In this document: positions 41,267 through 50,489 of the stretch, piece by piece
Numbering within the stretch: position 1 is the first letter of the stretch
How the letters are laid out: each line of letters starts with the position of its first letter
From: Chitinophaga pinensis
Lineage (GTDB): Bacteria > Bacteroidota > Bacteroidia > Chitinophagales > Chitinophagaceae
DNA length: 64,000 bases
Direction of reading: 5' to 3'
NCBI GenBank assembly: GCA_945872815.1
Contig: CAMCAY010000002.1
Span: forward strand, 22,519 to 86,518
Position numbers and translations under genes: made by a program
Notes under the pieces: generated by a model
Databases searched by the model: none
What the model was told of the DNA's origin: nothing
What the model saw: the letters and a program-made list of their open reading frames with translations, nothing else

Positions 41267-41294
41267 TTAGCCCACCATTTAAATGGTGGGCTAA
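41267..41294. repeat. REP-like 28-bp perfect palindrome upstream of the Y1 transposase
   Basis: TTAGCCCACCATTTAAATGGTGGGCTAA; its core is identical to 40735-40754. Confidence 0.85.
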
Positions 41295-41337
41295 GGATTT
41301 TACATCTCGATTTTTACATTTTACCTTTCTAATTTTC

Positions 41338-41345
41338 TATCTTTG
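41338..41345 (+). promoter_or_regulatory. -7 box upstream of glyS
   Basis: TATCTTTG, 5 nt before the ATG. Confidence 0.6.
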
Positions 41346-41350
41346 CCACT

Positions 41351-42799
41351 ATGGCAAATGAAATCAACCACTTTCAAGAAATCATCTCTCATTGTAAAGA
41401 GTATGGTTATATTTTCCAATCTTCCGAATTATATGATGGATTGAGTGCAGTTTACGATTACGGACAAATGGGTGCGCAATTAAAAAAGAATCTTCGCGAT
41501 GAATGGTGGAAAAGCATGACTCAAATGCATGACAATATAGTAGGTATTGATGCAGCCATTTTTATGCACCCCACTGTTTGGAAAGCCAGCGGTCATGTGG
41601 ACAATTTCAGCGATCCGATGATTGATAACAAAGACAGCAATAAAAGATATCGAGTTGACCATTTGATTGAAGCACATGCTGAAACATTGGGAAAAATCGA
41701 AGCAGACGCATTGATAGCCGAAATGGATAAATTGTTGTCTTCAGATGATTTGGCAGGATTAAAAAATCTAATTGAATCTAATAAAATTAAATGTGGTATC
41801 AGTAAAACCTCCAATTGGACAGACGTTCGTCAATTTAATTTGATGTTCAGCACTCAAATTGGAAGTGTCGCTGAAGAAGCTGATACAATATATTTAAGGC
41901 CCGAAACTGCTCAGGGAATTTTTGTCAATTTCCTAAATGTGCAAAAAACAGGCAGAATGAAAATTCCATTTGGAATTGCACAAACGGGTAAGGCATTCAG
42001 AAATGAAATCGTTGCGAGACAGTTCATTTTCAGAATGAGAGAATTTGAACAAATGGAAATGCAGTTCTTTGTTCGACCCGGCACCCAAATGGAATGGTAC
42101 AACTATTGGAAAGATGCAAGAAAAAAATGGCATGAAAGCATAGGTATTCCATCAGAAAAATTGAGATACCATGATCATATTAAGTTGGCACATTATGCCG
42201 ATGCTGCATTAGATATAGAATTTGAATTCCCTTTTGGATGGAAAGAATTGGAAGGCATTCACAGCAGAACTGATTTTGATTTAAGCCAGCATGCAAAATT
42301 TAGTAAGAAAAAAATTCAGTATTTCGACAATGATCTAAATACAGAAGGTAAACCTTACGGAAATTACACACCTTATGTTCTTGAAACATCCGTTGGTTTA
42401 GATCGTTTATTCCTAACCGTTATATCGTTAGCTTATCAAGAAGAAAATTGGACAAAAGAAGATGGAACCGAAGACAGCAGAGTTGTAATGAAAATTCCTG
42501 CTAAAATCGCTCCCATCAAATTAGCTATCCTTCCATTGTTGAAAAAAGATGGACTGCCTGAAATAGCTTCTGAATTGATGAATCAATGCAAATCAAAATT
42601 CCATTGCTTCTATGAAGAAAAAGATGCAATAGGTAAGAGATACAGAAGAATGGATGCTATTGGAACACCTTTTTGTGTCACCATAGACCATCAAACTAAA
42701 GAAGACAACACCGTTACCATCAGATATAGAGACACCATGATTCAGGAAAGAATAAACATGAATGATGTGCTGAATGTAGTATCAAATGCAATTGTATAG
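41351..42799 (+). CDS. glyS: Glycine-tRNA ligase (alpha2, eukaryote/archaeal type)
   Basis: YDYGQMG, VWKASGHV..FSDP, RQFNLMF, YLRPETAQGIF, FRNEI..RQFIFRMREFEQME, LEGIHSRTDFDL, IGKRYRRMDAIGTPFCVTID. Confidence 0.96.
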   Translation: MANEINHFQEIISHCKEYGYIFQSSELYDGLSAVYDYGQMGAQLKKNLRDEWWKSMTQMHDNIVGIDAAIFMHPTVWKASGHVDNFSDPMIDNKDSNKRYRVDHLIEAHAETLGKIEADALIAEMDKLLSSDDLAGLKNLIESNKIKCGISKTSNWTDVRQFNLMFSTQIGSVAEEADTIYLRPETAQGIFVNFLNVQKTGRMKIPFGIAQTGKAFRNEIVARQFIFRMREFEQMEMQFFVRPGTQMEWYNYWKDARKKWHESIGIPSEKLRYHDHIKLAHYADAALDIEFEFPFGWKELEGIHSRTDFDLSQHAKFSKKKIQYFDNDLNTEGKPYGNYTPYVLETSVGLDRLFLTVISLAYQEENWTKEDGTEDSRVVMKIPAKIAPIKLAILPLLKKDGLPEIASELMNQCKSKFHCFYEEKDAIGKRYRRMDAIGTPFCVTIDHQTKEDNTVTIRYRDTMIQERINMNDVLNVVSNAIV

Positions 42800-42843
42800 A
42801 TATCATATCAGAATGTTTATCACTTGAATATATTCCAATAAAA

Positions 42844-44217
42844 ATGGAAAAAGCAATCGTTAAATACCTTCTTCCTTTCTTTATATTTTCAGCCCTTTGT
42901 TTATTGGCTTTCTTCAATGATTGGAATTACGACGAAACTTGCACTTATCTTTTCGTGAAAGAAACTTCTATTGGACAATTATTGACTTACCAAAACTTTA
43001 CATTGGCTAACCACCACTTGTTGAATAGTTTATTTTTTAAGCTGATACAATGCACAGGTTTAAAACATGTGATTTTCTATCGTTTGTTAAGTCTACTTAG
43101 TTTTATTATATTTTGGTATTCTAATAAAAGAATACTCAATCTACTTGGAATACCAATAAGAAATATTATACTCCTTATCGTCGCCCCCTATTTCATTTAT
43201 TTTACACTGGGCAGAGGATATGGATTCTCTTTGGCTTTATGTTCGATGTCTTTACTTTATCTAATCAAATTCAAGGAAAATAAGTCAGGTAAAAATGAAA
43301 CTCTCTTTTTATTGACCGGTGTGTTGTCTGTCTTATCTATTTTTTCATTCCTCTATGTTTTTATGGGAATGCTTACAATTTTTATTTACTTAAAAAGAAG
43401 AGAAACAATATCATTCAATAGTATTATAAAATTGATTGTTGTACTCATCTTTCTACTTTATGTTTATTATGCAGGAAAAATAATAAATGTTTCAGACCCT
43501 AATATTATAGGTTCTAACTCATTTTTTAATCATGGCACCATCAGCAGCTTTTTCTCAGAATTCAGTTATCACAACTATCAGAGCATTTTGAACAAAGATG
43601 TTTATTACAATTTTTTAAAGAAGATAGTGTTATTTTGTCTTTTATCGCCCTTAATGATTTTGTTTTTCAGAAATCAAAGAATAGCGTTTTTAAAGAATGG
43701 GAGACCCTTTCTTTTCATCATGACATTAACGATGATGTTTATGTTAATTTCAAATATTTTTTTTCTCGCAAAATTTCCTATCGGCCGAGCGATTATCTAT
43801 TTACAATACCTGTATTTGTTTTTGTTGCTAATATTTTTAAAAAACATTGGTAAAAAATATGCAACCATTCCAATAATAGTATTACTTACATTGTCAGTTT
43901 ATATGAACTCTACACATTATTTTGAACTATTGAAACCTTCTGTGAAAAATGTTTTAATTCAAACTAAACAATACCCACTTTATATTTCTAATACCAATCC
44001 GAATATTCGCTTGTTAAACAATTTTGAGCATTTAAAAAATAACGATTCTATTTTTCAATCCAAAAGTATTCATCAATTAGTAAAATGGGCACAAAAAGAC
44101 CCTCAATCTATTGTTTACATTTTATGCAAGGAAAATGAATTAAATTATGTCAATTTGAATTTTACATCAGTCAAAAATTACAGAGGAGGCTTAACCTTGC
44201 TGTTGATTAATAAATAA
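42844..44217 (+). CDS. Multi-pass membrane protein, putative GT-C-fold glycosyltransferase (ArnT/PMT-like)
   Basis: About 11 TM segments; first loop WNYDETCTY, NHHLLNS, GRGYG, and RAIIYL; very AT-rich. Confidence 0.55.
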   Translation: MEKAIVKYLLPFFIFSALCLLAFFNDWNYDETCTYLFVKETSIGQLLTYQNFTLANHHLLNSLFFKLIQCTGLKHVIFYRLLSLLSFIIFWYSNKRILNLLGIPIRNIILLIVAPYFIYFTLGRGYGFSLALCSMSLLYLIKFKENKSGKNETLFLLTGVLSVLSIFSFLYVFMGMLTIFIYLKRRETISFNSIIKLIVVLIFLLYVYYAGKIINVSDPNIIGSNSFFNHGTISSFFSEFSYHNYQSILNKDVYYNFLKKIVLFCLLSPLMILFFRNQRIAFLKNGRPFLFIMTLTMMFMLISNIFFLAKFPIGRAIIYLQYLYLFLLLIFLKNIGKKYATIPIIVLLTLSVYMNSTHYFELLKPSVKNVLIQTKQYPLYISNTNPNIRLLNNFEHLKNNDSIFQSKSIHQLVKWAQKDPQSIVYILCKENELNYVNLNFTSVKNYRGGLTLLLINK

Positions 44218-44329
44218 TATCATTTAATTACTCAGCTTTTGTATGTTTATTTTTAATTAAAATTGTAATTATTGACTTTTTTTAAAGTAAAAAAGATTTT
44301 AAAGTTGTTCAAGATAAAATTAATTTAAA

Positions 44330-46231
44330 ATGCGTCTGCCATCCTTTCAATATTTATTCAGCAATGCGAAAAAGTCGCTTATTCGATTCCCTCTTGTGAT
44401 TTTATGTGCTTTGATAAGTGTAACAATGGGTATTTATCTAATCGAAAAAGGCGATCTGATAAACAATTTTTTTCCATTTATAAATATCATTTTGACTGCT
44501 ACATTAGGAATACCTATATTTTTTTCTGCGACTATAGTTTCTTTAAAAAGTAAATTAGAAAAAAAAGTACGGATAGCATTAATGCTGATTACTACCGTTT
44601 TACTTATTGTTATTTATTTTACACTTCCGGGATATGACTCTACACACAACACATCTTTGCCTTATATTAAATACGGTATTTATAATATTATCGCGCATTT
44701 AATAGTATCGGTAATTCCCTTTATAACAAAGGGAGAATTGAATGGTTATTGGCACTACAATAAAATTTTATTCATCAGAATTTGGACAGCAATTCTTTAT
44801 TCAAGTTTTCTTTATAGCGGTTTGACATTAGCACTTGCCTCTCTTCATCTGTTGTTTGACCTCAAAATACATGAGGAATTGTATTTTGAACTTTTTATCA
44901 TTATAGCAGGAATATTCAATACCTGGTTCTTTGTAAATGGAATTCCTGAATCTTTTGAAGAATTAGAAAAGATGGATGACTATCCAAAAGGATTGAAAAT
45001 ATTTGCACAATATATACTACTACCATTGTTGGGAATATACCTATTGATTCTATATGTTTATGGTGCAAAAATATTGTACCTATGGAATTGGCCCAAAGGA
45101 ATCGTTTCCTATCTAATAATCTGTATTTCAATTGTAGGTATTCTTACTTTTTTACTACTATACCCATTTGGAAATTTTAAAGAAAACAATTGGATTAAGA
45201 AAGCAGGAAAACAATATTACTTCTTACTAATTCCATTATTGGTAATTTTATTTATTGCTATATTCATGAGAATCGATGACTACGGCATTACTATTAAAAG
45301 ATATGTAGTTTTGGCATTAGGCGTTTGGTTGAGTATTGTTTGCATCTATACTTCAATAGGAAAATCAAATATCAAGTTTGTGCCTATTTCACTCGCTATA
45401 ACATTACTATTAGCATCTTTTGGTCCGTGGGGTATGTTTTCTGTAAGCGAATATTATCAGATAAAAAGGCTTCAAACCATTCTTGAAAAATCAAATATAC
45501 TTAAGGATGGCAAAATCAATAATGAAACAATATGGATAAAAGACACCTTTTCAGGTTTCAATGCATCAGCAGAATTTAAAAATGATCCATCACTAAGTGA
45601 CTCTCTTCACAACGAAGTAAAATCAATACTCGATTATCTCGACAATTATCACGGATTTTCTAAAATCAGAAATTGGTATAAACAAGACATAAATCAACTG
45701 ATTGATACTAAAACAAAAAACAAGAAAGAAAAAATAAGCGTAGATGAAGCTTCGGTATATATGAGATCAATGGGACTTAAATATGAATACTTAAATGATG
45801 GCATAAACAACAAATTGATAATTTATCAAACTAAGGAAAACGAAGATATTGCCAAAGTTACAGGATACGATTACCTATATAATTTCAATATTTGGATAGA
45901 AAACAATAAAGAAAGTTATGAAATAGGTGAATTAAACATTGACTCCACAAAATTTTCATTTGAATTCAAAAAAAGTCCTCTCCCTTATCTGATTCTTACT
46001 CATAATAAAGACAGTATTCGTTTTAACTTAAATGAATTGATTGATAATATTAAGAAAGAATATGGCACAGCTGAAAGTACTATAATTCCGGGAGCAAAAT
46101 TGAAATTAGCAGCCGCTGATTCAAATTACGGGGCAGTCATTAACATTCATTCAATGAGTTTAAATATGGCAGATAAGAAAATAGAAGTAAATCAGTTAAG
46201 AGGAGATTTATTAATTAGAAAGATAAAATAA
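44330..46231 (+). CDS. DUF4153-family membrane protein
   Basis: RFPL N-terminus, many TMs, QYILLPL, LYVYGAKIL..WNWPKG, RIDDYGITIKRY, GPWG. Confidence 0.8.
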   Translation: MRLPSFQYLFSNAKKSLIRFPLVILCALISVTMGIYLIEKGDLINNFFPFINIILTATLGIPIFFSATIVSLKSKLEKKVRIALMLITTVLLIVIYFTLPGYDSTHNTSLPYIKYGIYNIIAHLIVSVIPFITKGELNGYWHYNKILFIRIWTAILYSSFLYSGLTLALASLHLLFDLKIHEELYFELFIIIAGIFNTWFFVNGIPESFEELEKMDDYPKGLKIFAQYILLPLLGIYLLILYVYGAKILYLWNWPKGIVSYLIICISIVGILTFLLLYPFGNFKENNWIKKAGKQYYFLLIPLLVILFIAIFMRIDDYGITIKRYVVLALGVWLSIVCIYTSIGKSNIKFVPISLAITLLLASFGPWGMFSVSEYYQIKRLQTILEKSNILKDGKINNETIWIKDTFSGFNASAEFKNDPSLSDSLHNEVKSILDYLDNYHGFSKIRNWYKQDINQLIDTKTKNKKEKISVDEASVYMRSMGLKYEYLNDGINNKLIIYQTKENEDIAKVTGYDYLYNFNIWIENNKESYEIGELNIDSTKFSFEFKKSPLPYLILTHNKDSIRFNLNELIDNIKKEYGTAESTIIPGAKLKLAAADSNYGAVINIHSMSLNMADKKIEVNQLRGDLLIRKIK

Positions 46232-46267
46232 TTAAAGATGTTCTTTTCAAATAATTAATTTCGATTA

Positions 46268-46987
46268 TTATCCATAAATCTCAAGATGTAAATCTTTTTT
46301 ATCGTAACCCAAATTAATAATTCTGTTTTTAGCTTCATCAATCATGTCTTTCCAGCCGCAGAGATAAAAGCTGGACTGATTTTCTTGTTGACATAATTCC
46401 TCATAAATAGCATGAACATAACCAGATTTTCCTTCCCATTCTTCCCTTGATAATGTTGGAATGTAATGAAAATTCTGCATGTCAGATTGTAGTTGATTTA
46501 ATTCTTCATAATACAACAAATTATTTTTCTTTCTGCATCCATAGATTAGATAAATCTTATGATACGCAATTTGATGTTGATGAATATGATTGACCATGCT
46601 TCTGAAAGGAGCGATTCCGGTTCCTGTACAAATAAGGTAAAGGTCATTAACTATAGGCTCCCGTAATGTAAACACCCCCTGAGGTCCTCTAAAATCAATT
46701 TCACTTCCACACTTTATATTATTAAATAAATAAGGGGTTCCTAAACCATTGGGATTTAAAACAATCAATAATTCAAAAATATTCGTACCATCTGGCCACG
46801 AAGCAATGGAATAGCTTCTCCATCTTTTATTGGGCTTTTCATGAATTGGCAAATCAAGTGTAACAAATTGGCCGGGTAAAAATTCAAATTTTTCCAATTC
46901 AGGAACTTGAATCCAAAATCTCTTTGTATCGATGGTTTCATCAATAATTTTTATCACTATCCCTTTTCTCCATGGCTGCAACGACAT
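46268..46987 (-). CDS. Ferredoxin-NAD(P)+ reductase-like FAD/NAD oxidoreductase
   Basis: FLPGQFV, RSYSIAS, GPQGVF, ICTGTGIAPFRSM, YLCG. Confidence 0.9.
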   Translation of the reverse strand: MSLQPWRKGIVIKIIDETIDTKRFWIQVPELEKFEFLPGQFVTLDLPIHEKPNKRWRSYSIASWPDGTNIFELLIVLNPNGLGTPYLFNNIKCGSEIDFRGPQGVFTLREPIVNDLYLICTGTGIAPFRSMVNHIHQHQIAYHKIYLIYGCRKKNNLLYYEELNQLQSDMQNFHYIPTLSREEWEGKSGYVHAIYEELCQQENQSSFYLCGWKDMIDEAKNRIINLGYDKKDLHLEIYG

Positions 46988-47049
46988 TTTTAATATTTTT
47001 AGTAAGTTACAAAAAAAGGAATTAATATGACATTTTTAAGTTGCTGAGT

Positions 47050-47057
47050 TATATTTG
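47050..47057 (+). promoter_or_regulatory. -7 box upstream of mfd
   Basis: TATATTTG, 19 nt before the ATG. Confidence 0.6.
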
Positions 47058-47076
47058 CATTTCTAACTAAGGGTGA

Positions 47077-50000
47077 ATGAATCTGGAAGTGTTGCAGAAT
47101 TATTTTAAAAATGACTCCCGCTCTTTTCAAATAGCGAATAGAATTTCATTGCCCTCTCCTCAGCATCTTTTACTGAATGGCATAGAAGGAAGTATGCTGG
47201 AATTTATTTTTTCTGCTGTATTAGAAAATGAACAAATTAGTGATGCTAATCATTTACTTATTTTAAGAGATGCTGAAGAAGCGGCTTATGTTCAAAATAC
47301 ATTAGAAAACATTTCCAACAGACTCGATCTATTTTACTTTCCCTCTTCTTTTAAAAACAAAAAGAATTATCAACTGCTCAATAGTAGTCATGTAATGCTT
47401 CGAACAGAAGCTCTTACTAAAATTGCAGCAGGCGGAAACAAAAAGATTATTGTCACTTATCCTGAAGCAGTTTTTGAAAAAGTGGTATTATCCAAAACGC
47501 TCTCTTCTAACATTATTAGAATTAAACAAGCGGAAGAACTGGATGTAAACGGAATGCTTCAAAAATTTATCGACTATGGTTTTGTAAGAACAGATTTCGT
47601 ATACGAACCTGGTCAATTTTCTGTGCGAGGAGGAATATTAGATATCTATTCATTTGGAAATGAAAAACCCTATCGAATTGAACTCTTTGGGAATGAAGTT
47701 GACAGCATTCGAATTTTTGACCCTGAAACACAGCTAAGTGAAAGAAAGTTATTGCAGATAAATATTATTCCAAATGTGGAAACTCAATTTGAATCGGGCG
47801 AAAAAGTTTCTTTATTGGAATTTTTGCCTGAAAAAACGGCTGTATGGATAAGAGACTGGAATTTTATAAAAGATAAAATTGAAATAGAAAAGGAACAACT
47901 TGAACTTTACTTAGATTTTGTTAAATCAAATAATAAGAAAACTGAAACTTCAGAAGAGCTAAGCAATATTAATTTCAAATCCGAGATTTCACTTGAAGAT
48001 TTTGTTTTCATCGAAAATATTGAAGCACAAATCGGTCAAAAACATATCCTTGAAATCGGAAATAAAGTTGCTTTTTCAAACAATAAAAGTGTTGCCGAAA
48101 TAATTGAATTTACTTCAAAACCTCAACCTTCTTTTAACAGACAGTTTGAACTACTGATAAAAAATTTGCAAGATTTCGAAAAAAGACAATTCAATATTTT
48201 CATTTTTGCAGAAAATCCAAAGCAACTCGAAAGACTCCATGTTATTTTTACCGATCTCAAAGCCGAGATTCAAGTCACACCAATACCCGTTTCTATTCAT
48301 GAAGGATTCATTGATGAGGATAATAAACTGGTATGCTACACAGATCATCAAGTATTTCAGCGTTATCATAAGTATAAAGTAAAACAAGCATTCAGCAAGA
48401 ACAAAGCCCTCACCCTGAAAACCTTAAGAGAGCTTCAACCCGGAGATTATGTATCCCATATTGATCACGGAGTTGGTATATATAGCGGACTGCAAAAGAT
48501 TGAAGCAAATGGTCGTGTACAGGAGGCCGTTAGAATTCAGTATAAGGATGGTGATCTTTTGTATGTGAATATTTCTTCTTTACACAAAATAAGCAAATAC
48601 AGCGGTAAAGAAGGTAGCATTCCCAAAATGAACAAGCTGGGCAGTGATGTGTGGAGTAAACTAAAAGAGAAAACAAAAAAGCAGGTTAAAGATATCGCGA
48701 CAGATTTGATTCGTCTATACGCCCAACGTAAAAGCCAACAAGGATTTTCACACAGTCCTGATAATTACATGCAAACAGAATTAGAGGCAAGTTTTATCTA
48801 TGAAGACACACCCGATCAGGCAAAAGCCTCTGAAGATGTAAAAAGAGATATGGAAAAGGATTCACCCATGGATCGACTGGTATGCGGAGATGTAGGATTT
48901 GGGAAAACAGAAGTGGCTATTAGGGCTGCATTTAAATCCTGTTGCGATGGAAAACAAGCTGCCATACTTGTACCTACCACCATTTTGGCTTATCAACATT
49001 ACAAAACATTTAAAGACAGACTTAGAGATTTTCCTGTAACCGTTGATTTTATTAATCGATTCAAAACTGCCAAAGAAAAAAAAGAAACACTTAAAAAGCT
49101 TGAAGAAGGAAAAATAGATATCATCATTGGCACACACGCTTTGTTAAGTAAAGATGTAATCTTCAAAGATTTGGGTGTTATGATCATTGATGAAGAGCAA
49201 AAATTTGGGGTAAGTGCAAAAGAAAAGCTAAAACAAATCAGAACTACCGTTGATTCATTGACACTAACGGCAACGCCTATACCAAGAACACTGCAGTTTA
49301 GTTTAATGGGTGCGAGAGACTTGAGTATCATCAATACTCCTCCGCCGAATCGTCAGCCAATTCAAACTGAAGTAACAGTATTTAATGAAGATAACATAAG
49401 GGATATTATTTACTATGAAACCGAAAGAGGCGGGCAAGTATTTTTTATTCATAACAGAATAAACGGCCTTGCGGAAATGAAAAGTTTTATTCAAGGACTT
49501 TGTCCAGATATAAGCATTGCTTATGCTCATGGACAAATGGAAGGAGATAAACTGGAAGATACCATCCTAGATTTCATGGATAAAAAATACGATGTGCTGG
49601 TATGTACCAATATAGTAGAAAGTGGAGTGGATATTCCGAACGTAAACACCATTATTGTAAACAATGCACATCAGTTTGGGCTGAGTGATTTGCATCAATT
49701 GAGAGGACGTGTTGGACGCAGCAATAAAAAAGCATTTTGTTATTTGTTGGCTCCTCCAATGAGCACCCTGCCACCAGACAGCAGAAAAAGATTAAATACA
49801 TTGGAGCAATACAGTGATTTGGGGAGCGGATTTCAAATTGCCATGCGTGATTTAGATATCCGTGGAGCAGGAAATATGCTGGGAGGTGAACAAAGTGGTT
49901 TTATTGCAGAAATAGGTTTTGAGATGTATCAGAAAATTTTAGATGAAGCCATTCGTGAATTAAAACGCAATCAATTTAAAGATCTATTTAAAGAAGAAAT

Positions 50001-50487
50001 CAGTCAACAAGATGATTTTGTAAGAGATTGCAGTTTTGATACAGACCTCGAAATATTAATTCCGGACGTTTATGTAGAGAGTATCAGCGAAAGACTAAGC
50101 TTATACTCAAGGCTGGACAATTGTGATTCGGAAGAAGATCTGATAGATTTTCACAATGAACTTACCGACAGATTTGGACCTGTTCCACTGGAAGCAGAAG
50201 ATTTATTTACAACAGTACGTTGCAGAAAAATAGCTGTTGAATTAGGATTTGAGAAACTATTTCTAAAAAATGGTGTACTAAAATGTTTTTTTATTGGCAA
50301 TCCCGATTCTCCTTATTTTCAAAGTGAAACATTCAATAGAATTCTATTGTTTTTACAAACTGAAACCAACAAAGGAAAACTGAAACAGGTTGGAAAGAAC
50401 GGAATACTTATCATTGATAATATCCAAACCATGTCAGATATTTATGAGTACCTTACAAGAATGACTGGCTTTGTAAAAAACAAATAA
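47077..50487 (+). CDS. mfd: Transcription-repair coupling factor
   Basis: FSVRGGILDIY, CarD-like VSHIDHGVG, DRLVCGDVGFGKTEVA, IIDEEQKFG, TATPIPRTL, QLRGRVGRS, TRCF C-terminus. Confidence 0.97.
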   Translation: MNLEVLQNYFKNDSRSFQIANRISLPSPQHLLLNGIEGSMLEFIFSAVLENEQISDANHLLILRDAEEAAYVQNTLENISNRLDLFYFPSSFKNKKNYQLLNSSHVMLRTEALTKIAAGGNKKIIVTYPEAVFEKVVLSKTLSSNIIRIKQAEELDVNGMLQKFIDYGFVRTDFVYEPGQFSVRGGILDIYSFGNEKPYRIELFGNEVDSIRIFDPETQLSERKLLQINIIPNVETQFESGEKVSLLEFLPEKTAVWIRDWNFIKDKIEIEKEQLELYLDFVKSNNKKTETSEELSNINFKSEISLEDFVFIENIEAQIGQKHILEIGNKVAFSNNKSVAEIIEFTSKPQPSFNRQFELLIKNLQDFEKRQFNIFIFAENPKQLERLHVIFTDLKAEIQVTPIPVSIHEGFIDEDNKLVCYTDHQVFQRYHKYKVKQAFSKNKALTLKTLRELQPGDYVSHIDHGVGIYSGLQKIEANGRVQEAVRIQYKDGDLLYVNISSLHKISKYSGKEGSIPKMNKLGSDVWSKLKEKTKKQVKDIATDLIRLYAQRKSQQGFSHSPDNYMQTELEASFIYEDTPDQAKASEDVKRDMEKDSPMDRLVCGDVGFGKTEVAIRAAFKSCCDGKQAAILVPTTILAYQHYKTFKDRLRDFPVTVDFINRFKTAKEKKETLKKLEEGKIDIIIGTHALLSKDVIFKDLGVMIIDEEQKFGVSAKEKLKQIRTTVDSLTLTATPIPRTLQFSLMGARDLSIINTPPPNRQPIQTEVTVFNEDNIRDIIYYETERGGQVFFIHNRINGLAEMKSFIQGLCPDISIAYAHGQMEGDKLEDTILDFMDKKYDVLVCTNIVESGVDIPNVNTIIVNNAHQFGLSDLHQLRGRVGRSNKKAFCYLLAPPMSTLPPDSRKRLNTLEQYSDLGSGFQIAMRDLDIRGAGNMLGGEQSGFIAEIGFEMYQKILDEAIRELKRNQFKDLFKEEISQQDDFVRDCSFDTDLEILIPDVYVESISERLSLYSRLDNCDSEEDLIDFHNELTDRFGPVPLEAEDLFTTVRCRKIAVELGFEKLFLKNGVLKCFFIGNPDSPYFQSETFNRILLFLQTETNKGKLKQVGKNGILIIDNIQTMSDIYEYLTRMTGFVKNK

Positions 50488-50489
50488 AG

